Shown: piece by piece, positions 39,552 through 49,953 of the stretch
How the letters are laid out: each line of letters opens with the position of its first letter
Position numbering within the stretch: position 1 is the first letter of the stretch
From: an uncultured archaeon
Lineage (GTDB): Archaea > Micrarchaeota > Micrarchaeia > Micrarchaeales > CABMGC01
NCBI GenBank assembly: GCA_963787445.1
Contig: CAWBCT010000005.1
Span: forward strand, 320,001 to 384,000
Reading direction: 5' to 3'
DNA: 64,000 nt
Made by a program: the position numbers and the translations under genes
Notes under the pieces: generated by a model
Seen by the model: only the letters and a program-made list of their open reading frames with translations
Databases searched by the model: none
Told to the model about the DNA's origin: nothing

Positions 39552-39770
39552 CTAGATTGCGGCAAATCTCATCCTGCTGCCGCCCCTGACCGTTCTTTTT
39601 TGCATCTCGTCCATCCTTCTGAGGATTCGCGGCACATCGTCGTTACTCCTGATTGGCCTTAGTGCGCCGGTTGCGACCTCCACCCCGTTCCGCTTCAACT
39701 TCTTTATCATCGCGCCGTCCAGGATGATGCGGTGGGCCTGCGTTGTTTTCGAATTGACCATGAATTTCAT
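39552..39770 (-). CDS. Small hypothetical protein
   Basis: 72-aa ATG ORF with upstream TATA-like TATAAATA. Confidence 0.45.
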   Translation of the reverse strand: MKFMVNSKTTQAHRIILDGAMIKKLKRNGVEVATGALRPIRSNDDVPRILRRMDEMQKRTVRGGSRMRFAAI

Positions 39771-39835
39771 GAATAATACGCTCTATAGATATTTATACTG
39801 GGCATGGCTGACGCTGAAGGTTATAAAATAAAAAT

Positions 39836-42725
39836 AGGAGAAGCAAGCTTGAAAATATTAGGGTTTAGTTGCGGTACGCTCACAAGTCGCCGAAGCTCCC
39901 TGTCTACACGCCCGCTCTATCAAAGCCATGTACTATGGCCCCCCTAAGTGTCTCGTTTCGGATACGGCTTCATCCTTAGATGCTTTCAGGATTTATCCGT
40001 TTAGCGCGTGGCTACTCGGCAATGCCATAAATGACAACCGATCAACTAGAGGCGCCGGTGTCCCGTTCCTCTCGTATTAAGGACGCCTTATCCTCTGACA
40101 CTAACACTCACAGTAGTTGCTACCGTACTGTCTCGCGACGTACTGAACTCAGCTCATGTAAGTTTTTAATGGACGAGCAGTCCAACCCTTGGTGGCTCCT
40201 GCACCACCAGGATAACTTAAGCCCATATCGGTGTATCAAACGGCCGGGTCGCTGTGAACGCTCACCGGCCACGAACCGGTTACCTCCAGAGTAACTTTTT
40301 TGACAGCATGGTGGCCCATTAAAAGACCATCCAGAGTTCGTTAAGCCCTTGTTTCCAATCTGCACCGCACGCTTTTCGCGGTACAGTCAGCCCCGCATTT
40401 GCCTTTATGCTTGACGGTGGGTTCCCAACCCACCTAAGCGGAGCATTGGTCACTTTCGTTTCCTTATCGAAAGCAACCGCCCAGTCTAACTATCCACCTG
40501 CAGTTGTCCCGCAATGCGGTAAGTTGCGTAAAGAACAAAGATTGGTGTTACATTGTCGCTCCCCGTCCGCCAAAGCAAACGGATCGACGCTCCCAATTAC
40601 GCTATGCAGTGTTCTTCACACAACAGCAACAGGCTATAGTCAAGTTTCATGGAGACTTCGCTACCCACTGTGAGAACGTGGCATGTACACCACGTAGTGA
40701 GTTCACCAGGTCCAAAGTTGGGACAGTGGGACAGACGTTACGCCCTTCATGCAAGTCACCTATTAAGTGACGAGGTATTACGCTACCTAAAGAGAGTCAG
40801 AGTTACTCCCGCTCTTTGCTAGGGCTTAGTCCCATTGAAATGGGGTTTCGCTGACTAGCGGTGAGCAGGCGTCACCCGCTATACTAAGCCTTACGGCTGT
40901 GCGGCGAGTTGTGTTTTTGATAAACAGTCGCCGTCCCCTTGTTAATGCTATCTGCGCTTACTAAACGCAGACATGGCTTTTCGAAAACTTACGCCACTAA
41001 CTTGCCGATTTCCCTAACTTTGGTTCTCCTGACACGTCTTGGCCTTCTCGGCCAGCAGCACCTGTACTGGATCTAGGTACGATTTATCACGATCGTTACG
41101 TATTCCCTTTTCACGGGCTCAAGAATTCAGTCATATTGTTCATTTAGCCGCTTCTCCTCATAATGAGACTCCGCGGCCAGTTGCACTTTGTTGCAGACCT
41201 ATCCTCAAGCGTCAGAAATACGTCTTGTGTTGCCACTCCTACGTGATAAGTGTCTGAATATTAACAGACTTCCCTTTTGCAGCCGAGTAATTGGCTGGCT
41301 GCTTAGGATCGACTAACTCCCAGCTGACAATCATCGCAAGGAAAACCTTGTGCTTCCGACGTAATGGATTTTCACCATTATATGCTGTTACTAACACCAG
41401 GATTTTCACTACTATGCAGTCAACACGATCGCATGACCGTGCTTCTAGCCGCATAGTACGCCCCCCTACCCATCTTATATTCAGATGCCTAGGTCTCGGT
41501 ACTTAGTTTAGCCCCGTTTATTTTCAGATAATGCAGTCTCAATCGGTACGCTATGACGCGTTTTTTAAAGGGTGGCTGCTTCTGAGCCTACCTCCCGACT
41601 GTCTAAGACCGCACCGTCTTTAGATACACTCAACTAAGATTTAGGGACCTTAACCAAGGTCGCTGCCGTTCCAGTCTCACCCGCCTAGCTTACCCAAGCG
41701 GGTCGACTCCCAGAGTCTACGCAGCACACATATTCGGAGTTTGAAGAGAAGGCGGAACCTTTCGATCCCAATACTTCCAATCGGTAGCTCTACCTTGTGT
41801 GCAAGCTCGTCTAGGGCTATACTAAATATACTTCGGAGGGGACCCGCTATTGCCATGTTCGAGTGGTCTATCGCCCCTACCCGCAGCTCACCCAGCCAGA
41901 TATACTAGGATTGGTTGCGGACCTCCATCGGGTACAAACCCGACTTCGTCCTGGCCGCGCGTAGATCACAATGGCTTCGGGTCGTATGAAGGTGACTTAG
42001 ATATTTTCATATCCTGCGCCTCGTTGCCTGCGCGCACTCGCTTTCACTGCGGCTTTCGCCTTGCCACACTCATACACTCCCTGGCTCTTGCTTCGAGAAG
42101 AAGGACAAGACACTGATCCGTGGATTTGGCTCCCGCCTCTCGACGTTCGCTTGGTCCACTTCATCTCTTTCATGCCTTATCTTCTCGTAACCACCTAGTT
42201 TCAGATCGTTTCACTCCCACGCGTGTGGGTGCTTTTCAGCTTTCGCTCGCGCTACTTGTTCACTATCGGTCTCTAACCAGTATTTAGGGTTGAGGTTTAA
42301 TGCCCCCGTCTTCGCTCCACATAACTAAGCGGAACTACTCATACACAATACAACAGATCCTACTCCGACTACGAGGCTGTCACTCTCTATGGCGCTCTTT
42401 TCCAAGAGCTTCATCTCGTAGAACCTGTCTAAAAATTGCACCACATCTCCTTGCACTTGCGCGCAAGGATTCAGTTTGCCCTTCTCCGCTTTCAATCGCT
42501 TTATTAACGGAATCGCGTTTGCTTTCTTCTCCTGCGGGTACTAAGATATTTCAGTTCCCCGCGTGCGCCTGCACCACTATTCATAGTGCAATGGACTATC
42601 TTTGGTTCAACGTTTGCTTGCAACTACCCAAAGCTTATCGCAGCTTGCCACGGTCTTTGACGCTGTTAGAGCCTAGCCATCCCCTAGGTGGCTTAAAAAT
42701 TATTTCTTTCAAGCTTGCTTCTCCT
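39836..42725. repeat. Perfect 19-bp inverted repeat pair (39836-39854 and 42707-42725) forming the 23S processing stem
   Basis: AGGAGAAGCAAGCTTGAAA / TTTCAAGCTTGCTTCTCCT on either side of the rRNA. Confidence 0.85.
39856..42700 (-). rRNA. rrl: 23S rRNA, unlinked from 16S and 5S (ends approximate)
   Basis: 5' GGATGGCTAGGCT..AGCTGCGATAAGC, GTPase centre AGAAGCAGCC, H69 GTAACTCTGAC, PTC and SRL TACGAGAGGAAC, GCATCTAAG near the 3' end. Confidence 0.98.
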
Positions 42726-42920
42726 CATATCCATTGCCCAAAGGGCAATTTCACGCGGTAATGTGACATCGTTGGACTCCTCTAGGAATGATGCATTTCA
42801 TCAAGCAAAAATAGCTCTCAACACATAAGCCTTTAGGAGCTCACGGTCGTCACAATAGCACCGGCTATAATTAGTAGAAAAAGGTTTATATAGGTGCGTG
42901 TCCGCGGGCCTGTTTTACAG

Positions 42921-43112
42921 TCAGTCAAACTGGTGCAGCCCTTCGGGCGAAGCGCGCCGTATCAGCTCGGCTAGGTCGGCGCTCTTGGGCTTCTCGACAG
43001 GCCTCGACATGGCCATCAGGTCGTCACGATGCGACTCCTCTGTTACAAAGTGTACTGCCGCTCGCTTCGACTCGGGCGCTTTAGCTACTATGGTTTTTCC
43101 AGTCGTCTTCAT
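42921..43112 (-). CDS. Small hypothetical protein
   Basis: 63-aa ATG ORF after GGCGACAGG, with a TATA-like TTATAA upstream. Confidence 0.4.
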   Translation of the reverse strand: MKTTGKTIVAKAPESKRAAVHFVTEESHRDDLMAMSRPVEKPKSADLAELIRRASPEGLHQFD

Positions 43113-43164
43113 CCTGTCGCCAGTAAATCTATGCTTGCTTTAACAAAGCTTATAAGGATTTTGT

Positions 43165-43509
43165 TTAGACGTGCGCTGCCGAAAGCTCAATCAGGAGATC
43201 CTGGTTGTCGTCGGGTGCGGACTTTACGCTCTTGTGTTCCTTGCAGCTTTCGCACTCGTAGTTGATCCTGAACTCCCCTCCCTTGTAATCTACAGAGATA
43301 GGGTCCATCAGGCCCTTGCATGGAGAGGATCTGTCTCCCGGCATCACATCGACGTGCTTGCTCGTGAGGCAGTTGGGGCAGTGGTCCGTGTAGCCGTTGC
43401 CCTTCACCTCGGTTCCGCAGCGCTCGCACTTGAAGTTTTCTATCACTCTGGTGAACCTGCCCTTCGGTCCTGCAACTTCGTTGCTGGGTCGCGGGGCTTG
43501 CTTGTACAT
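43165..43509 (-). CDS. RNHCP-domain Zn-binding protein
   Basis: ENFKCERCG, YTDHCPNCLTSKHVD..PGDR...C.GLMDP, CESC. Confidence 0.9.
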   Translation of the reverse strand: MYKQAPRPSNEVAGPKGRFTRVIENFKCERCGTEVKGNGYTDHCPNCLTSKHVDVMPGDRSSPCKGLMDPISVDYKGGEFRINYECESCKEHKSVKSAPDDNQDLLIELSAAHV

Positions 43510-43536
43510 TTTATCCCTAGAATAAAAAGGAAAAAA

Positions 43537-43842
43537 TTAGTTGAGAGTTAGCTCAATCTGCACGGTGTCAGGCACAGGGATACGCATGATCTGGCGCAGC
43601 GCTGTTTCGCTGCCGTCTATGTCGACCAGCCACTTGTGTATCCTCATCTCCCAGTGCTCGAAGGTGTGGGATCCGCGCCCGCAAGGTGACTTGCGGGTCG
43701 AGATGTTGACCTTCCTCGTAGGCAGGGGGACAGGGCCCGTGAACTTTATTCCAGCGGTCTTCGCTATCTCCACTATCTGGCGCGCGATGTCGCGTGCCGC
43801 GGTAGGGCTCCTGCTTATAAGTTTAATCCGGGCTATGGGCAA
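43537..43842 (-). CDS. rps10: 30S ribosomal protein uS10
   Basis: GPVPLPT, TRKSPCGRG, WEMRIHK; TTG start. Confidence 0.97.
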   Translation of the reverse strand: MPIARIKLISRSPTAARDIARQIVEIAKTAGIKFTGPVPLPTRKVNISTRKSPCGRGSHTFEHWEMRIHKWLVDIDGSETALRQIMRIPVPDTVQIELTLN

Positions 43843-43846
43843 TCAA

Positions 43847-45115
43847 TCACGTTTTCTTGACTATCTCGAGGATTACTCCTGCCGCTACGGTCTGACCCAT
43901 GTCTCTGACTGCGAAACGGCCGAGCTGTGGGAACTCCTTGTAGGCCTCAGCGCAAACGGGCTTTGTAGGCTTGATCTTCACCAAGGCGATGTCCCCGTTC
44001 TTGATGAACTCAGGGTTCTTCTCAAGAGTCTGGCCCGTCTTGGGGTCCTTCTTCTCCATAATCTCGGTTATCGTTGCCGCGATCTGTGCGGTGTGTATGT
44101 GGAAGACAGGGGTGTATCCCTTCGCGATTGCGGTCTTGTGGTTTATGACCACGATCTGGGCCGTGAACTCCTGCACCACTGAGGGAGGGTTGCTCACAGG
44201 TCCGACTACCATTCCGCGCTGGATGTCCTTCTTGTCGACTCCCTTCAGGTTGAATCCGACGTTGTCGCCAGGTTCGGCCTTCTGAAGCTGCTGGTGGTGC
44301 ATCTCAATGCTCTTGACCTCTGTCTTTACGCCAGAAGGCATTATGATTATCTGATCGCCAGGCTTCATCACTCCGGTCTCGACCTTTCCTACTGGAACGG
44401 TTCCGAATCCGGAGATGCTGTATACGTCCTGAATAGGAAGTCTTAGCGGCTTGTCCAAAGGCTTTACCGGAACGGTGAACTCGTCTAGCGCACCAAGCAG
44501 TGTAGGCCCTGTGAACCAGGACATCTTGTCCGACTTGGTTGCTACGTTGTCTCCCTGCAGAGCAGAGTAAGGAACGAACTTTACCTTGTCGACATTGTAA
44601 CCGACCGTCTTGAGCAGCTCTGTGACCTTGGCCTTTACGTCCTCGAACTTAGCCTTGTCATAGTTTGCAGCGTCAATCTTGTTGATTCCAACAATTAGCT
44701 GGGAGATACCGAGCACTCTTGCCAGGTATGCGTGCTCTCTTGTCTGGCCCTGAATCCCGTCCACTGCTGAGACTACTAGAACCGCAGCGTCTGCCTGGCT
44801 TGCGCCTGTAATCATGTTCTTTACGAAGTCGCGGTGGCCCGGTGCGTCTATGATCGTGAAGTAGAACTTGGGCGTCTGGAAGTCCCTGTGCATGATGTCT
44901 ATGGTGATACCACGCTCACGTTCCTCCTTCAGCTGGTCCATGACGAACGCAAACTCGAAGGAAGGGCGGTTGTACTTTGTAACCTCTTCCCTTATCTTCT
45001 TCATGTCCTGCTCTGTGACTGATTTCGTGTCGTAGAGTAGACGTCCTACTGTCGTAGACTTACCGTGGTCTACGTGCCCTATAAAAATCACGTTTAGGTG
45101 TGGTTTTTCTCCCAT
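43847..45115 (-). CDS. tuf: Translation elongation factor EF-1 alpha
   Basis: [46 protein letters not shown]. Confidence 0.99.
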   Translation of the reverse strand: MGEKPHLNVIFIGHVDHGKSTTVGRLLYDTKSVTEQDMKKIREEVTKYNRPSFEFAFVMDQLKEERERGITIDIMHRDFQTPKFYFTIIDAPGHRDFVKNMITGASQADAAVLVVSAVDGIQGQTREHAYLARVLGISQLIVGINKIDAANYDKAKFEDVKAKVTELLKTVGYNVDKVKFVPYSALQGDNVATKSDKMSWFTGPTLLGALDEFTVPVKPLDKPLRLPIQDVYSISGFGTVPVGKVETGVMKPGDQIIIMPSGVKTEVKSIEMHHQQLQKAEPGDNVGFNLKGVDKKDIQRGMVVGPVSNPPSVVQEFTAQIVVINHKTAIAKGYTPVFHIHTAQIAATITEIMEKKDPKTGQTLEKNPEFIKNGDIALVKIKPTKPVCAEAYKEFPQLGRFAVRDMGQTVAAGVILEIVKKT

Positions 45116-45336
45116 GTTATCACTGATTAAGTAGATATTGTCAAAGCGAAGAATTTGGTTGCTTTGCTTGATTCTCTAGTTGGTTTAAGTATTATCTGAT
45201 AACATATATAAAGCTTTCTTATGCCCAATTGTCGAGTATATTTGGCTTTTTGGAGGGGACACGAAGAGCAGGTAAAAGTTTTCAATTCTATGGAAAAGAT
45301 TAAAAGCTAGCTTTGTTCCATATATTTGGCGATTCA

Positions 45337-45789
45337 GTGTCAATCAAGTACTGGGAGTTTGAGGATGCTCCGTTGAAGGAGAAGTTGAAGGAGCCCACGG
45401 TGCGCGAGGTCGCGAAGGTGTACTTCGACAATGAGACGAGGGCCTACAGGTTCTCCATGGCGCTCTGCGAGGTAAAGAAGCGCGGCTCCCTGCGGCTCAA
45501 GGAGTGCAGCAACGACCTTCCGCTAGCGACCTGGAAGAGGTATCTGGACTATGGCGTCATGGTTGGGATATTGAAGCACGAGGCCAGCGTCTACAGCTTC
45601 ACAGACAGGTACTCAAAACCGTTCAGGAACATCCCGGTCTACATAAAGGCCTGGATAGACGGGGAAAGGCAGGAGGATCTCTCCATCGTGTTCGCAACGG
45701 CGAAGGTGGGCAGGCAGAAGAGGCGGGGAGGAAGGGTATTGCCAACCGATTCAGGCTCTGCGGCTCCTGCTGCGGCGCCCACCGAATAA
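45337..45789 (+). CDS. Hypothetical protein, possible winged helix
   Basis: GTG after GGCGATT; LPLATWKRYLDYGVMVGIL; divergent from tuf. Confidence 0.6.
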   Translation: MSIKYWEFEDAPLKEKLKEPTVREVAKVYFDNETRAYRFSMALCEVKKRGSLRLKECSNDLPLATWKRYLDYGVMVGILKHEASVYSFTDRYSKPFRNIPVYIKAWIDGERQEDLSIVFATAKVGRQKRRGGRVLPTDSGSAAPAAAPTE

Positions 45790-45791
45790 AA

Positions 45792-47246
45792 CTAGGAGGA
45801 GGTGTACCAGAGGGTGCCTTCCTTGGTGTCTTCAACGCTTATCTTAAACTCGGTCTTCAGTTTTTCGCGGAGCTCGTCGGCCTTCTTGAAGTCCTTTGCT
45901 GCGCGAACCTGCTCGCGCAGCTCTATCAGCTTCTTTGCATCCTGAGGGAGTGCACTGCTCAGGTGTTCCTCAAAACGTAGACCGAGTACAGAATCAAAAT
46001 CCAGAATTATTTTCAAAACCTTGCTGACTTCTTCCTTGCCGAGTTTGCTGGCGCGGTGTGAGGTGGCATTGACCAGCTCATGGAGCTTCGAAAGCGCAAC
46101 CGGGACGTTCAGATCATCATTGATGCTTTCAAAGAACTCGGCGTGCAGCTCATCCAGGCGTTTTATGAACATAGGGTCTGTCTTTCCGGTGGGCTGAAGT
46201 GCGCTGGTCTTGCTGACAAAGACGTAGAGCGACTTTAGGGTCTCTTCGGCGTGCTTCAGGGCCTCGAAGGTGAAGTTCAGCTGGCTTCGGTAGTGGTTCG
46301 TTGCAAGGAAGTACCGGTAGCTGATGGACGAGAACCCCTTGTCGATAAGATCTTGCACAGTGTAAATGTTTTTCAGCGACTTGCTCATCTTCTTGCCATC
46401 GACCAGCATGTGGTTGCTGTGTATCCAATAGTTGACGAACTTCTTTCCTGTTGCTGCCTCCGACTGCGCTATCTCGTTTGTGTGGTGTATCGGGATATGG
46501 TCTATCCCGCCGCCGTGTATGTCAAAGTGCTCTCCGAGGTACATCATGCTCATGGCGCTGCACTCTATGTGCCAACCGGGGAAGCCCTTGCCATAGGGTG
46601 TGTCCCAAACCATGTCTTTGATTGAAGGAGATGTGAATCGCCAGACTGCAAAATCAGTTACGTTTCTCAGACCATCGGGCCTTCCAACCCTTGCCCCGGC
46701 CTGCTGCATCTTGTTTAACTCGTCGAAGTTGTGTCCGGTAAGGATGCCGTACTCCTTGAACATTGAGGTATCGAAGTACATCCCGCCTTCGGCGCCGCTT
46801 ATTTTGTACAGAAATTCCTTTTTGTCAAGCTTTTCTATCAGCGAGAGCATCTGGGGGATGTGGTCGGTTGCTTTTGGAAGCACGTTGGGTTCTTCGATGT
46901 TGAGTCTTTTGACATCCATCTTGAATTTCTTGGTGTAAAAGTCCGCTATCTCGAGCGGGCTCTTGTGCTCCCGCTCCATTGCGACTCGCATTTTGTCTTC
47001 GCCAACGTCGGAGTCGCTTACCAGGTGCCCTACGTCGGTTATGTTCATGACATACTTTACTTTGTAGCCATCGCGGGTCAGCGTGCGCTTGAGAATGTCC
47101 CAGAATACGTAGGGCAACATATTCCCTATGTGGGCGTAGTAATAAACAGTTGGGCCGCAGGCATAGAGGCCGACCTTTCCTTCTTCTATCGCCTTGAAGG
47201 TTTCCACCTTTCTTGTTAGGGTGTTATAGAGCTTCATGTTTCCCAC
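45792..47246 (-). CDS. cysS: Cysteinyl-tRNA synthetase
   Basis: [37 protein letters not shown]. Confidence 0.98.
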   Translation of the reverse strand: MGNMKLYNTLTRKVETFKAIEEGKVGLYACGPTVYYYAHIGNMLPYVFWDILKRTLTRDGYKVKYVMNITDVGHLVSDSDVGEDKMRVAMEREHKSPLEIADFYTKKFKMDVKRLNIEEPNVLPKATDHIPQMLSLIEKLDKKEFLYKISGAEGGMYFDTSMFKEYGILTGHNFDELNKMQQAGARVGRPDGLRNVTDFAVWRFTSPSIKDMVWDTPYGKGFPGWHIECSAMSMMYLGEHFDIHGGGIDHIPIHHTNEIAQSEAATGKKFVNYWIHSNHMLVDGKKMSKSLKNIYTVQDLIDKGFSSISYRYFLATNHYRSQLNFTFEALKHAEETLKSLYVFVSKTSALQPTGKTDPMFIKRLDELHAEFFESINDDLNVPVALSKLHELVNATSHRASKLGKEEVSKVLKIILDFDSVLGLRFEEHLSSALPQDAKKLIELREQVRAAKDFKKADELREKLKTEFKISVEDTKEGTLWYTSS

Positions 47247-47255
47247 ACTGACGGC

Positions 47256-48089
47256 CTAGTTTGCGGCCAATATGCTTTGGTTGACAAGAACGCCGGGGTT
47301 GCTTACCGGGTTCTGGCTCAGGTAGAAGCCGCTCACCCCTATGAACTGGAATCGCGTCGAGATGCTCGAGACTACGGAGCTTACCACCCTCACGGTCACG
47401 TTGCTGCAGAGCAGCGGGGCGAGCGAGATGCTTGCATTCTTGAAGGTGCTTGAGCTGGCGGTGCCGTTGCTTCCGAAGGTGTTGTAGTAGGCCCTTATGG
47501 CGGGCTGCCCGTTCTTCAGTATCTCCAAGTATAGGTTCTGGCTTGCGGCCGAGACTATCTGGAAGTTCAGGTAGGGTTCGGTGACCTGGAATACGTTAGA
47601 AGTGAGGTTGCCGGGTGAAACGGAGATGCCACCAGTAAAGGTTGTTGCGAAGAAGGGATGGGAGTAGCCGGTCCAGGGGCTGCCGTAATAAATTCCGTTT
47701 GAATTGTCGTACAGTACATTTGAGGGCGCTGTGCCGAAGCCTCCGGTCGCCGTCCATCCTAGATAATTTCCTGTGGAGAAGGCACCGTTCAGTATCTGCG
47801 CGGTTCCGCCACCAAGGCATCCTTCAAAGCCGGAACCGATGGTTGTTGTGGAGGCAGTGCCGAGGGGTGTTGAAACTGTAGTGGTCGGGAGGGTTGTTGA
47901 CGGTGAAGTTGTACTGCTAAATATCGGCGATTTATAGCCCAGTCCGCTTAAGCCAAGGTAGGCTACGATTGCTATTACGACTACCACCACCACTGCAAGC
48001 ATTATGCCCCTCAGGCGATTGGGCCTTTCGTCCGGAAAAGGCGCGCTGGGTGGAGTTGGGGAGGTTTGAGCTTGTGTTTCTTCTGCCAT
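47256..48089 (-). CDS. Membrane-anchored S/T-rich secreted protein
   Basis: TM, S/T linker, beta-rich domain NGAFSTGNYLGW...LTSNVF. Confidence 0.7.
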   Translation of the reverse strand: MAEETQAQTSPTPPSAPFPDERPNRLRGIMLAVVVVVVIAIVAYLGLSGLGYKSPIFSSTTSPSTTLPTTTVSTPLGTASTTTIGSGFEGCLGGGTAQILNGAFSTGNYLGWTATGGFGTAPSNVLYDNSNGIYYGSPWTGYSHPFFATTFTGGISVSPGNLTSNVFQVTEPYLNFQIVSAASQNLYLEILKNGQPAIRAYYNTFGSNGTASSSTFKNASISLAPLLCSNVTVRVVSSVVSSISTRFQFIGVSGFYLSQNPVSNPGVLVNQSILAAN

Positions 48090-48231
48090 ACATTGCACCT
48101 TGCGGGGTTTACATCGTTGCTATTCTGTGTTTATAACTAAAATTGTGCGTTTCTTCTATGCCCGTAACATATGAAATGTAGAAGTATTATTATACTTTTG
48201 CTGTAAAAATAACCTTTGCATTGGTGTTCAT

Positions 48232-48345
48232 CTGGGAAGCATACCTAGGAAGTGGAAGAAGAAGGGCCGGATGCGCTGGAAGTGGGTAAAGAAGCGCAGA
48301 AAGAGAATCAAGAGAGCCCAGAAGCGAAGAGTAGGAGAGCTCTAG
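48232..48345 (+). CDS. rpl41e: Ribosomal protein eL41 (eS32), apparent CTG start
   Basis: (L)[36 protein letters not shown] matches the archaeal L41e pattern; RBS-like GGTG upstream. Confidence 0.88.
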   Translation: MGSIPRKWKKKGRMRWKWVKKRRKRIKRAQKRRVGEL

Positions 48346-48379
48346 CCTTGGTTTGCCGCATAATTAATTTGGTGGTGAG

Positions 48380-48973
48380 CTAAGCGAGCGTCCTGGTCTG
48401 GTATCTGCCGCGCTGCTCGATTGCGCTGAGCCTTTTCAGCGTCTGGGCTGCGCCGCCGTAGTGCCTCCTGTAACTCTCCAGCAGACGGCCATACTCGGTT
48501 TCGGATAGGGAACGCTTGATTAGAAGAAGGTCCAGGGCTTTTTCCTCGATGCTCGTCGTTATTTCAGCGAGGCCGAAGTCTATCACAAAAACAGAGTGGC
48601 CGCAAATCATCAGGTTTGCCGGTGTGAAGTCACCATGGGCCACGTCGGCTGTATGCATTTTTGCGAGGGCAGTACCGATCTCTCCCAGGATTGTGGGGGT
48701 TGCCCTGGTGTCCCTGAGCAGCTTCCCGCTGAGTCTTTCCATGAATATAGAGTACTTCCCGACCGCGATCAGTGCAGGAACATTGAGACCGGCATTTTTG
48801 AGTCTGTGGAGCACTTTCGCCTCCGTTCTTGTTCTGCTCTTCCTTAATTCGTTGTCAAGAGCTGCAGTTCTGTACTTCTTGGGCTCCCGGACTTTTACAA
48901 CAACATCAAGACCGTAGATGCGCTCGCTGTAGAGATGCGACTCGGCGCCTTCGCTCAGAACTTTTCTAACCAT
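48380..48973 (-). CDS. bud32: KEOPS kinase Bud32
   Basis: GAES, KVREPKKYR, RTRTEAK, HGDFTPAN, IDFGL, RGRY. Confidence 0.95.
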   Translation of the reverse strand: MVRKVLSEGAESHLYSERIYGLDVVVKVREPKKYRTAALDNELRKSRTRTEAKVLHRLKNAGLNVPALIAVGKYSIFMERLSGKLLRDTRATPTILGEIGTALAKMHTADVAHGDFTPANLMICGHSVFVIDFGLAEITTSIEEKALDLLLIKRSLSETEYGRLLESYRRHYGGAAQTLKRLSAIEQRGRYQTRTLA

Positions 48974-49937
48974 AGAGTTTCATCTCATCGATCCGGTATC
49001 TTTGCCTTACCTCGCACTTATTCATGGCGACGGCACCATGGTCCATTACTTTCTCGCCCAAAAAGGCTATCATCGCGCCGTTGTCAGCATTCAACTCGTC
49101 AGGTGCACGGCCGAAACGCATCCCATGCGAACGCGCAACCTCCTTGAGCATGGCTGCAAGCGTAGAACTTTGGGCAACGCCGCCGCAAACGCACAGCTCC
49201 TTGCTGTTTGTCAGCAGGGCTGCCCTCTCCGTCGCTTCACAGAGCATTGCGAAAGCAGTTTGCTGCAGTGAATAGCAAATATCATTTCTCTTTTCCTTGC
49301 CTATCAAGGAGATTGCATGCGTTAGCAGCCCGGTGAACGAGAAATCCATCCCCTTGACGGTGTAGGGCATCCGCAGGTAAACGCCTCCTTTCGACGCTTT
49401 CTCGACTTCTGAACCCCAGGCAGGGTTAAGTGGCAGTTTTCTGGCGAACGCATCGAGCATATTTCCAACACCCACATCAAAAGTCTCTCCGAGTATGTGG
49501 TATCCTCTCTTGTTATCGTCCAGTTTCAGTATCTGCGAGTTGCCGCCGCTGACATACAGCGCAAGCGGGTCCTTGAATCCGGTCGCCTGCTTCGCTATCT
49601 CTATGTGCGCCACCCCGTGATTAACAGGGATTATCGGGACCTTGAGCTTTGATGCGAGCGTCTTTGCGGAGAGCATTCCGACCTGCAGGCAGGGTCCAAG
49701 GCCAGGGCCCATGGTGTAACTGACCGCTTCTATCTCGTCCAGGCTTATCCTTGCGGTGGCTAATGCGCGCCTGATCACGTCCGCCGCGTTTTCGATGTGC
49801 GCCTGTGCAACTTCGGCAGGTATCATTCCCGTCTTGCCTATCTTGAACATTGATTTTTCGTTGGCCAGGATCCGTCCTTTTCTTACCACACCGGCTCCGA
49901 ACGTGTGGGCGCTGCTTTCTATCCCAATTATTGCCAT
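48966..49937 (-). CDS. kae1: KEOPS t6A threonylcarbamoyltransferase Kae1
   Basis: GIESSAHT, GPGLGPCL, VNHGVAHIE, YVSGGN, PYTVKGMDFSF, DNGAMIA. Confidence 0.97.
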   Translation of the reverse strand: MAIIGIESSAHTFGAGVVRKGRILANEKSMFKIGKTGMIPAEVAQAHIENAADVIRRALATARISLDEIEAVSYTMGPGLGPCLQVGMLSAKTLASKLKVPIIPVNHGVAHIEIAKQATGFKDPLALYVSGGNSQILKLDDNKRGYHILGETFDVGVGNMLDAFARKLPLNPAWGSEVEKASKGGVYLRMPYTVKGMDFSFTGLLTHAISLIGKEKRNDICYSLQQTAFAMLCEATERAALLTNSKELCVCGGVAQSSTLAAMLKEVARSHGMRFGRAPDELNADNGAMIAFLGEKVMDHGAVAMNKCEVRQRYRIDEMKLYG

Positions 49938-49953
49938 GCGGACACCGCAGCAC

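Noticed and set aside
40031..42761. ORFs listed within the 23S region
   Set aside because: They lie inside the rRNA gene. The rRNA length (about 2.85 kb) leaves no room for an intron-encoded endonuclease and none has LAGLIDADG-like motifs.
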